Positions 35,078 through 48,077 of a stretch of DNA of 64,000 bases are shown here, piece by piece. Positions within the stretch are counted from its first letter, which is position 1. The number at the start of each line of letters is the position of its first letter. Origin of the DNA: Macrostomum lignano (lineage: Eukaryota); the NCBI GenBank assembly GCA_002269645.1, contig NIVC01002874.1, positions 8,432-72,431 of the forward strand, read 5' to 3'. The notes under the pieces were generated by a model that saw only the letters and a program-made list of their open reading frames with translations, had not been told where the DNA came from and did no database searches. The position numbers were made by a program, and so were the translations under genes.

Positions 35078-37710
35078 CTTGGTTTTTTTTCGCCAGAGAC
35101 AAGGTGCGAAATCGCACCTTGTGCCAAATTTCAAGGTGCGATTTTAAGGCTCAGAGTGCAATTTCTCTTGAGTCTTGTTTCAGACAACTGGGAATGTATA
35201 GACATGTCTTATGTCTATATATCTTTGTACAAAGAATGCCTTGACCTCTTGTCTGTTATCTCGTCTTCAGATCGCTGCTTTGATAAATAGTAACATGATG
35301 AAAAATACTATAACAAAGAAGTTGCTACTTTGTATCAATTCTCCCATTTTTTCATTTCAGAATAAGCCTTCAGCTTGGAAAGCTTTGTGTTCAAGAGTTC
35401 TGGAGACAGGCTTCAACAGGCTGGCTTACCTACATCCATTCTTCTTGGATAACATGGAAGTGGGCCTGGTGGGACCAGAATTGGATTCAGCATAGCATAG
35501 ATAAACAGCATATCATTATCAATTGGATTGACACAGCTCAAGCTGATTGAGTGGCAGATCTACTGTTACATTTTACATGCAATGCTGTGTTGCACAGTGC
35601 ACTATTGAAAATATACTCTTACGCATTAAAAGAATGTTTTCCAGCTACATTTGCAAAGGAAAAGAAATAAAAAATGTAGAATTTACCATCTAACAATTTT
35701 AACAGTCAATATTATTCCTGCTATTCTGCCTTTTTATTTACCTAATGGATGTTGAATTTAATAAAAATTCTACTATACGTCTATGCAGTTTAAGGCGCTA
35801 GTAAATTATGTACGCAGCAAAACTCTAGCTAGCTATAGAGTAAATTCTAATCGAACAGTGCAAGTTCGAACAAAATCGGTCCAGCCATTTTTTCTCTAAT
35901 CGATCACATAGATAGATAGATAGATAGACACAGACAGACCATTTTTAGTATATACATGTAGGATATGTAGTCGTGGATGATAGATAGTTCCAATCCAACT
36001 ACCAACACTGTGACAACTAGACTAAAAATGAAAGTTAAAGGTAAAAAGTCAAAGCATTCAAGAGATGGATGATGCTTTAATTTGCAAACCTCGAGTTGGA
36101 GTTAGAACTCTTGAAGATAATCGAAGAAATCAAAGCAAAAAGACTACTTTTCAAGGAATACATGATCATTGAGCAGAGTCACTGACTCACTGCGTAGACA
36201 ATTAGGGAGACACTAGCAATCTAGTGCCCACTTCGGTGCGCCCAATAAGTAAGGGACAAAATTATTTACGTAAATCCTATTTGCCTTGACTCCGATGCAA
36301 TTCTCCCCGAAAGCCTTGACATAGCCTTGACTTGCTTTTGCTGAATACTAATTTAGCTTTTGTATTATTGTTTTTGTTTGCATTTAAATAAACATATGTA
36401 TTGGGTATGTATTATATATTATGTGAATTATTGATTACATATTAAATATCACTTAAAAAACAATCTAAAAATTAAAATAAAAATATTATAGACTAAACAA
36501 GGCTATATGTATATCAAATCTGGCATTAAAACAATTAAAGACATTATTATTAATACATAAAGACATTCTATGTCTAGTTTAATAAAAGGTTTTTAGATTA
36601 TAACAATATAAGATAGATTAGTTTGTAGTTGATTTGTTATATTATTATTATTATATTAAAATATACTAAAAATACTAATACTTTTTTGTCCAAGTCTACT
36701 TTAATTTACTTTAAGCCATATCCCATAACTATACTATATACATACTCAAAGTATATAATATATAATAATATTAGTATAAATATTAGTATGTATGTATACT
36801 ATTAGTATTATAATATTATTGTACATACATAGGCCTAGCATAGACATAATATAGTACAGTTAAATAGTAATTTAAATATAATTTTTTAATTTTACTGTTA
36901 CAATTATTTTACAATAATTTTATATAATATAATTATAAATAATTACTTCTACTAAAAATAAAAAAAATAAAGTAAATGTAATTTGGCCCTATTGCCTACT
37001 CAAACATTTTTGCAATAGAAGCTCACTCGCCTCACTGATTATGTTATCTAGACTCTAACAGCCTTTTTGACTTATAATTTATCATTGATAACTTTAACTT
37101 ATAACTACCTACTACACAAACAATAGAAATTGGCATTAGTCCTTATAGATAGTCTATATCTATTGATTTTATATATCTATTCTAGGCCTATTGATTATCT
37201 ATGAGTCTATGACTATGATTTAATTGTATATATAAGCCTTAGGGCTTAGGCTATTAGATTATGAATATGATAAATTTATGAACTTAAATTTAATACTTTA
37301 CTTCAGTAGAGCTTATGATTAGATAGACCTTTAGATTCTTATAATTTGCATTTGTGTTATATCTATAGATTATATATACAAGTACAACTAAATAAACACA
37401 AGGCTACCGCTTAACTCATACTTAACATTCTAAGAAAGAGTGAAGACTCCAAAGAGTCAAGAGTGAAGATGTCAAAATAAAAAAGTTGAAGTTTATACTA
37501 ATATACTAGATAAATTAAAATTATCATCATTCATCATTGATTAAAAAGGCCAAATTTAATGTGATCAAAGATCAAATGATTTTTATATAACTTTTCATAT
37601 ATTATAATATCTTACAGACCGCACCTAAACCGCACCTACTTTTTTAATTTCAGGGTGCGATTTTAAAATTTAGGGTGCATACGCACACTCTGCGCACAAA
37701 AAAAACCCTG
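35078..37710. mobile_element. 2.6-kb non-autonomous hAT-like element inserted into the 23-bp satellite
   Basis: Ends CTTGGTTTTTTTT / AAAAAAAACCCTG (degenerate CAGGG TIR); 8-bp CATAGAAG duplicated on both sides; subterminal AGGTGCGA/TCGCACCT motifs at both ends; no intact ORF. Confidence 0.7.
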
Positions 37711-39560
37711 CATAGAAGCGTCATGTAAACAATCATAGAAGCGTCATGTAAACAATCATAGAAGCGTCATGTAAAAAATCATAGAAGCGTCATGTAAAAA
37801 TCATAGAAGCGTCATGTAAAAAATCATACAAGCATCATCTAAAACATCATAAAAGCGTCATGTAAAAAATCGTAGAAGCGTCATTTAAAAAATCATAGAA
37901 GCGTCATATAAACAATCATAGAAGCGTCATGTAAACAATCATAGAAGCGCCATGTAAACAATCATAGAAGCGTCATGTAAACAATCATAGAAGCGTCATA
38001 TAAAAATCATAGAAGCGTCATTTAAAAATCATAGAAGCGTCATGTAAACAATCATAGAAGCGTCATGTAAACAATCATAGAAGCGTCATGTAAAAAATCA
38101 TAGAAGCGTCATGTAAACAATCATGGAAGCGTCATGTAAAAAATTATAGAAGCGTCATGCAAACAATCATAGAAGCGTCATGTAAACAATCATAGAAGCT
38201 TCATGTAAAAAATCATAGAAGCGTCATGTAAAAAATCATAGAAGCGTCATCTAAAACATCATAAAAGCGTCATGTAAAAAATCGTAGAAGCGTCATTTAA
38301 AAAATCATAGAAGCGTCATATAAACAATCATAGAAGCGTCATGTAAACAATCATAGAAGCGCCATGTAAACAATCATAGAAGCGTCATGTAAACAATCAT
38401 AGAAGCGTCATATAAAAATCATAGAAGCGTCATTTAAAAAATCATAGAAGCGTCATGTAAACAATCATAGAAGCGTCATGTAAACAATCATAGAAGCGTC
38501 ATGTAAAAAATCATAGAAGCGTCATGTAAACAATCATGGAAGCGTCATGTAAAAATCATAGAAGAGTCATGTAAAAAATCATAGAAGCATCGTGTAAACA
38601 ATCATAGAAGCGTCATGTAAAAAATCGTAAGAGCGTAATATAAAAATCATAGAAGCGTCATTTAAAAAATCATAGAGGCGTCATATAAAAATCAAAAAAC
38701 GTCATTTAAAAAATCATAGAAGCGTCATGTAAACAATCATAGAAGCGTCATGTAAACAATCATAGAAGCGTCATGTAAAAAATCATAGAAGCGTCATGTA
38801 AACAATCATAGAAGCGTCATGTAAAAAATCATAGAAGCGTCATGTAAAAATCATAGAAGCGTCATGTAAAAATCATAGAAGCGTCATGTAAAAAATCATA
38901 GAAGCGTCATGTAAAAAATCATAGAAGCATCGTGTAAACAATCATAGAAGCGTCATGTAAAAAATCATAGAAGCGTCATGTAAAAAATCATAGAAGCGTC
39001 ATCTAAAACATCATAAAAGCGTCATGTAAAAAATCGTAGAAGCGTCATTTAAAAAAATCATAGAAGCGTCATATAAACAATCATAGAAGCGCCATGTAAA
39101 CAATCATAGAAGTGCCATGTAAAAATCATAGAAGCATCGTGTAAACAATCATAGAAGCGTCATGTAAAAAATCGTAAGAGCGTAATATAAAAATCATAGA
39201 AGCGTCATTTAAAAAATCATAGAAGCGTCATGTAAACAATCATAGAAGCGTCATGTAAACAATCATAGAAGCGTCATGTTAAAAATCATAGAAGCGTCAT
39301 GTAAAAAATCATAGAAGCGTCATGTAAACAATCATAGAAGCGTCATTTTAAAAATCATAGAAGCGTCATGTTAAAAATCATATAAGCGTCATGTAAACAA
39401 TCATCGAAGCGTCATCTAAAAATCATAGAAGCGTCATGTAAAAAATCATAGAATCGTCATGAAAAAATCATAGAAGCGTCATTTAAAAACTAATGAAAGT
39501 GTCATTTAAAAAATTAAGAAGCATCATAGTAGAATAAAAGAAGCGTCATGTCAGACATGA
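37711..39560. repeat. 23-bp satellite, right block, with higher-order duplications and a degenerate end
   Basis: Direct tandem repetition; variant CTAAAACATCATAAAAGCG recurs near 37840, 38250 and 39003. Confidence 0.97.
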
Positions 39561-39619
39561 AAGGTGTCATGGAAAAATTAAATGCAGCTATAATGCTGTG
39601 CTGGGGAGAAAAACTGAGA

Positions 39620-40620
39620 CGTCAAGGCTCTCAGAGAATAACTGAGATTACGGGGGGGGGGGGTTTCTGAGATGTCAAAGCAAAAGTCAGAAGCTAATTC
39701 AAAGTTCATGTACTTTACTCAATTTTTTTTATTGCATTCTTTGTTGGCTCGCCACGGGAGGCGCTGATAGAAGAAGAGTCATGTAAAAAATAAAAGTAGC
39801 ACTATGTATACATAAAAGAAAAGTCATGTCGAAGTTAAAAGATTCATTTGGGAATTGCTACGATGTCAAAGCTAGGTGGAAATCGTTATAGTGCTGTGAT
39901 TCTTAAAGAAGGAATCACTAAAATGTCAAGGCTTAGGGGAGAAGAATTGCTGAGATTTCAAGGCTTTATGTTGGGTTAAAGTTAGGTTTAGGTCAGGTGT
40001 GGGTTGAGGGTTATATTTTATCGAGTTTCAAGGTTAGCAGGGGATTTTTCAGATTTCAAGGTTTATGGGCGCTATCGCTGACATGTTAAGGCTTACGGGG
40101 GGAATAGCTGACATGTCAAGGCTCACGGGGGTATAAATGAGATTTCAAGGCTAAAGTCAGAAGCTACATGTAGTTTATTGAAAACTTTTTATTACATTAT
40201 TTGATGCCTCCTCAGGGGAGGGATCGCTGATTAAAAAAGCGTAATGTAAAAAATAAAAGAAGCTTCATGTCGAAGTTAAGATATTCATTTGGGAATCCCT
40301 ACGATGTCAAGGCTTGCAGGGAATTGCTATAATGCTGTAGTAGTGCTATAATGACTCTTAAAGAGAATTACTGAAATTTCAATGCTTTAGGGTTAGGTTA
40401 GGCCTAGGGTTAGGGTTAGAAGGTTGACAGATATTTTTAGATTTCCAAGGCTTATTGGGGGCATGGCTGAGATGTCAAGGGGGGAAGTTGATATGTTAAA
40501 GCTTGTGGGGGGGAATTACTGACATGTCAAGGCTTACAAGGTTTGATAGGAGATTTTTTAAGATTTCAAGGATACATGTAGCTTATTAAAAAAACATGTA
40601 TTGCATTTCTTTGGCTCCCC
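39620..40620. repeat. Two diverged ~460-bp tandem units containing satellite-like and GGTTAG-like words
   Basis: AAAGTCAGAAGCTA and TGTCGAAGTTAA-GATTCATTTGGGAAT recur near 39680/40150 and 39830/40270. Confidence 0.6.
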
Positions 40621-41088
40621 AACGGGGGGCGTAGATTGCTAGTGCCATGCTGAAATGTAAAGCTGCAATTGCAACTATAAGATGATCCAATTGGCTTGAT
40701 TGCCATTTTTATTCTTTGTGCTAATGTTAATATATTCTAAGAAAATAAATTTTCAAAAATCATTCAGTATGTTTTACAAAAAATAACAGTTTTAACTAAA
40801 CTTTTTACTAGACTATAAGTATAACCACGTGCACAATGACAACCACAACCAAAATATAAAACTTCAAAATTCAAAGTTTTGATGCATGCCATCATTCATG
40901 CCATATTTTTACCATTTCCTTGAGAATGCCAATTGCGCCAGATTTTTAGCATTGCCTTGAGCACGCCAATTGCGTCATATTTTTTATCATTGCTTTGAGC
41001 ACGCCAAAAAAGCACGCCAAAAAAATCTGGCGTACCATATGCAGGCCAGAAAATTCCGGCGTATCTGCCGCCTTCCTGACTATGGGGC

Positions 41089-41345
41089 CTGTTGTATTGT
41101 AGCAGGAAGGATTAAATAGTTGTAGAATACTTTTAGGCGAATTCGCTTTTAACTAGCTGCTTTAAATTTAGAAGTGATGAAAAATCTGTTGCTAACATAC
41201 TCCTCTTTTCTTATGAAAAGAATTTCGTTGCTGTCATTCAATCATTCTGGGGATAGGATGATTCGCCTAAAAGCGAAAGCAAATTCGCCTAAAAGTATTC
41301 TACAACTATTTAATCCTTCCTGCTTGATCTGCTACAATACAACAG
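41089..41345. repeat. ~257-bp foldback with ~60-bp inverted arms
   Basis: CTGTTGTATTGTAGCAGGAAGGATTAAATAGTTGTAGAATACTTTTAGGCGAATT is reverse-complementary to 41280-41345 apart from one small insertion. Confidence 0.85.
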
Positions 41346-43104
41346 CAAACGAAACGAAACGATAGCGAAAATAATTTTCCTGGAAAAAAGAAAAATCAAA
41401 ATGAAGATTAAAATTATTAGAACTAAAAAACAAATTTGCAATAAACTGTACGTTATAAAGTTACAATACTTTTTGAATTCCTTCAATTACTTTTAACCAT
41501 TAATATTTACATGAAATAGTATTGAAGGCTAGAATTTTTTGAATATAAAGTGTTGTGCAATTAGTACAAATGATTTGAAGATTATTATTGTAAAAAAAAC
41601 TTTCATCAATCGGTTGCTTTTTCGTTGTGTTGACGACGAATTTTCAATGTTTTTTTCCTGGCTTGGTTTCCAAAATTTAAAGTCATAATAAATTGTTAGT
41701 TTGGAATCATTAACATTGTATAATTAATGACGTAAAACAAATTCATTTCCACAAAATTGTCTAATCTATGCGTGCACTTTTGTAGTGTGCCCTTATATAC
41801 ATTGTACTATGCACTAAAAATTGTCTTTAGATATATACCTACCTTTCTTTCTCATATACAAATCTTCTTCTCATATCCTTATTGTCCAATAGATATAAAT
41901 AGAATCTATGCATGCGTATCGTCAAGTAGTGCAGTCTGAATAAGTGCAGTGTGGTACATGTATTATTTTAGTGGTACGTAAATTTGTTTTCGTTGATTAC
42001 TGGAACTAACATGAAATTACTGTATTTGAAACAGCAGATTAAAAACTAACAACAGGACAGGGGTCGCTTTCAGAAGCTCGAAATTCCACAACGTCGAAGT
42101 TTTGAGCTTTAGGGTATTTCGATCTTACAAAGTTTTCGAGGTTTTGAAGGGAGCTCTGATGTGAAATATCGAGCTTATCCCACGCCCCGGATCTGCAGGT
42201 ATAATATACTCTAACACTGTAAACTTGCACGTACATTTTTACATGCTCATGTAGATTTTTACGGATAAAAATACGGTTCATATTTATTCCGAGCCCCTAG
42301 ATCGTGGATGTCCACGCTGAAACATACAGTATGTGTGGTACACTGTACGGGCATTTACAATTACTGAAATTAACTGCATTAGATCTGTTAAACCGAATTG
42401 AACGCAGGGTTAACCTAAAAGCATGTTTAACATTGAAGATCAAGAAAATCCATTCGATACAATTATGTCTGTCTCGCAATAAAAAGAATTACTACTGAGA
42501 TTGAATTAGTGGGAAGTGTCAGAGTTCAGTGCAGTTTTATTATAATTGTATGCCAATATAAACTGTGCAATACGCGCGCCAACTCAATGTATTTGCTTTT
42601 TACATTTCTAACTGCAAATAGCTGCAAATTTTGCCTAATAAATAAATCTTAATGCATTATCGATTAGAAATATCTGCAATTAATTACTAATAAATAATCA
42701 GTAAATAGACTATTATATGTTAACAAGTGCAAGGCCATATAATAGAAAAACTTTTAAGCTAACCGACAGAGAGTGAGATGAAGGGGTGTTCAGTTTTAAA
42801 AGTACATAATTAATATCGAAATTAAACTATAATGGGCAGCAGAGGTAGTACAGCTGTAGCTTGCAATGCTCAGACAGTGCAAGCACAATAGAAGATTGTA
42901 TGGACCAGAGCTTGTGGGGAATGCAATTTGATTGCTGCTGTACCGTTTAGTGCAAATTTTCCTAGCTTACTACAATCTACACTGTGAAATGATGACATTG
43001 TAAACACGAATGATTCATTTTATAATTCTGCTGCTATAAATTGTTTGAAGACTTGACAAATCAAACTACTTCAGTACATGTAGTGCCCTTCATACAGCCT
43101 AATT

Positions 43105-43590
43105 GGCGCCCACTGGCACAGATTTCAGCGCTCCCTGAGACCCATTTTGGCGCCCCTGACACCGATTTTGGCGCCTTCTGACCCCATTTTGGCTCCCTGA
43201 TGATTTTGGCGCCCCTGACACCGATGTTGGCGCCTCGACGATGTTAGCGCTCGCTGACACCGAATTTGGCGCCCCCTGACACCCCATTTTGGCGCCCTTC
43301 GACACCGATTTTGGCGCCCCCCGATACAGACTTTTGGCGTCTCCTGACGCCTCCATTTTGGCGCCCCTGACACCGATTTTGGCGCTCCCTGACACCGATT
43401 TTGGCGCCCCTGACACCCCATTTTGGCGCCCTCCGACACTGATTTTGGCGCCCCCCCCGACACAGACTTTTGGCGTCACCTGACGCCTTAATTTTGGCTC
43501 CCCTGACAGTCTGACACTGATGTGTGGCGCACCCTGACACCTATTTTGGCGACCCGACGATTTTCGCGCTCTCAGACATAGAATTTGGCG
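43105..43590. repeat. ~21-bp minisatellite (GACACCGATTTTGGCGCCCCT)
   Basis: Degenerate tandem repetition; accounts for the GAPKSVS-type ORFs. Confidence 0.88.
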
Positions 43591-43755
43591 AGGGTTTAGG
43601 GATGAGTTTAACTTGTCAGAATTCTGTGTCTATCCAATAAGCTAAAGTTTCTGCATGCAAAATCAAAACAAAATCATCTAAAGTACATGTGCACCTTTGC
43701 TGAGCGAGGATAGAGAGAGGATAAATGCTGCGCCGCTGCAGTCGCACCTGTCAGC

Positions 43756-44400
43756 TCAGCCTCGCCAATCGTCCCCATTGATGTCGTCCTCATCGTCGCT
43801 GCTGACTTCGGCGTCGATGAACTCCAGCACGGCTGCCGGGTCGAATGGCTTCAACGAGGAGGCGACTCCGTCCGGTCGTTCTTCGCCGCCGACGCTGTAG
43901 TCGGTGAGCATAGCAACGGTTGCTAGGGGCTCGTCGCCAGGCGCCGGCTGACGAACGGCGAGTCTCCGGTGACGCAGGCGGGCGCAGCAGAGGTAGCCGA
44001 GCACCAGCAGCAGCAGCAGCAGCAGGGCTACAAAAAGGAACACCGATACGAATGCCGCAGTGCTGAGGTCGAGAGTCGACGGCAGCAGCGGGATGTCGCA
44101 GTTGTAGCCGGTGTAGCCGCTCGGACACTCGCAGCTCGGCTGGTCCAGCCGCTCCTCAATCCGGCTGTGCGCCACCGACCATTTCACCGCCACGGTGCAG
44201 CGGCCGCCGTTGGCGCAGTAGATCTGCTCGTGCGGCTCGCATGGCACCTTGCGGAATACAAACGGGCGAAGGTATTCAGCTGGCGGCAGCTGCACCCGGG
44301 CTGGCTGGCGGCCGCAGGCGTCCACAACTAGCGGCGTAGACGCCAGCAACAGCGGCAACAGTGATGGAAGTAGCGACTTGGCGAATGAGTACTGTCGCAT
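43756..44400 (-). CDS. Single-pass membrane protein with one EGF domain (EGF/TGF-alpha/neuregulin-type ligand precursor), single exon, 214 aa
   Basis: Signal peptide (SLLPSLLPLLLAS), EGF cysteines CX7CX5CX21CXCX8C, TM segment FVSVFLFVALLLLLLLVLGYL, basic stop-transfer RLRHRR. Confidence 0.85.
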   Translation of the reverse strand: MRQYSFAKSLLPSLLPLLLASTPLVVDACGRQPARVQLPPAEYLRPFVFRKVPCEPHEQIYCANGGRCTVAVKWSVAHSRIEERLDQPSCECPSGYTGYNCDIPLLPSTLDLSTAAFVSVFLFVALLLLLLLVLGYLCCARLRHRRLAVRQPAPGDEPLATVAMLTDYSVGGEERPDGVASSLKPFDPAAVLEFIDAEVSSDDEDDINGDDWRG

Positions 44401-45008
44401 GTCGCTCTGCCGCTGCTGCTGCCGCTGCCACCGCCGCTGCCACCGCCGCTGCCGCCGCCGCAGCCGCAGCTGCCGCCGTCACGAGAAAGTAGATACCGTG
44501 ACTACTGCAGCATAACTATACTGATGATTGTTGACGCGGCAATTTTGCTAGCACTCTATGCTGCCTTAATATTGTAGCAATTTGCTACTTATTGGCATTG
44601 GATTTGCTAGAACTTCAAATTCAACTGCTCAGAAGAGAAACAAAACATATCGGTAGCAGGTATTATACAGCTGATGATGGGAAGGCGAGGGGAATCTATT
44701 GGATGCGGGAAAACGGTGGTTTTTTTTCTGTTGCAGACAGCCACGCAGCAGGGCAGCAAGTGTTGGAAATGGGAGGTCGGCTTGGCTTCCCCGTATTTTA
44801 GGGCCAAAGTTGGCCCCACCTCCACCCAGGGTGCGCTGGCCCGCTGCAATCTCTCTCTTCCCTACCCCACCCACCCTATGCAGCCATGAAGAATAGACGA
44901 GAAAGGCCTACTTACTGCCGCGCCAACCCCCCCCCACCGCTGGCATAGGCCGATTGCGTACATGGCCTGAATCGCCCCCACCCAAGCAGCTGGGCTCCGT
45001 ATGGTACG

Positions 45009-45010
45009 CA

Positions 45011-45045
<35 letters not shown>
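45009..45045. repeat. (CA)n microsatellite
   Basis: Direct observation. Confidence 0.95.
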
Positions 45046-45832
45046 TGGAGCTCTAACGCCCTTCACATTCACCATTCTGCGGCTTCACACAACGGCTGGG
45101 CTGAGGTGGTGGTAGGGGTGGGGAGAGAAGGGATTGAAGTGGGCGAGATAGAGGGGCAGAGAGGCGATAAAGGGAAGGGATTAATTTAAGAACTAAACGT
45201 GGAATAAATGCTTCTTGACGTCGATGTTGCTCATTGGGTTTGGAGGTTTGGCAGTTGACTACAGCTTGCTGTTTGTGTGTTAGAGTCGGGGATGAATGGA
45301 GGAGGGGGAGATGAAGGGAGACTCATGAGAGACACGGGTGAGATGAAGGGATTACTGAAATGAAGGGAAGAGAGGGAGACTCAAGAAAGACACCAGTGAG
45401 ATGAAGGAAGACTCAGAAGCAACCACAAGATTGGAATGGTAGGAGATTCAGCTGGGGAAGTGAGAAGTGCGAGCCTCAACGAGTTCGTAAGCCCACTTGC
45501 CCCGAGAGTCCCGTTATCTACACAAATATTCGCCCACGAAGTCCCCCAAACTCCGTGCATAGCTGGCCTTTTCCTGCGCGTTATACTCGCAGCTATTTTT
45601 GGGCAAATATTGTTTGTTCCACAAGTCGCCAAATTAGTAGAACAATGTCAGCCTTACGTCCACCACATGCATGCAGACTTATCACTCAGAGCGTGAAAAT
45701 GAGCAGACTTTGGACTAAATCTTCTACGTGCTCGCTGTCTAATTCGCCTTCGTATCTGAAAAACAGAATTACTAATGCAGCACGATAACTCTATTAATAG
45801 GACATCACAAAGGCTATTATAGTAGATAAATG

Positions 45833-47602
<1,770 letters not shown>

Positions 47603-48077
47603 AGGTAGCAGCTGAAGCAAAACCGCATTCTTCGCAGCGAGTTCCCATGAAGCCAGTGGCCGAGAGTGTGGTCTCTCCAGTCTGCAGTTTCTCGATTAAT
47701 TATTTTTGCGTGTATCAAACATTTTCTTGTTGCTCGCGTGGCTGCATGCACAGACTATACTAGCTGTAACTAGCTGTAAGCAAGGGTTATTGTGTACACT
47801 TGCAAGGAACTTATACAGCCTTGTTCGAGTCAAACCGTGCTATGCATGCAATAAAGACGCCCAACCGCTGTGTGAATAGCAAGGCCAATTCCAGATCAAG
47901 TTGCAATTCAAGGCTTAGAGCCCCTTGTGTAGCGGCATTGAAATGCGAAGGCAGCTGCTGTGCGCAATACAGAACAACGACCTCTGCCATTTTCGGAACC
48001 ACCATTATGCCACACAGTTTATTTTATCTTGTTAGAATGGGGATGCTGATGTTCTTTGTAGCTAGGAGATGTGGATT

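Noticed and set aside
35160-36320. Possible transposase remnants inside the 2.6-kb hAT-like element
   Set aside because: All frames examined are interrupted and I could not recognise any hAT motif.
44276-44482. Poly-Ala ORF overlapping the EGF gene start
   Set aside because: Triplet repeat read from a non-ATG start in a different frame; the EGF ORF explains the coding signal.
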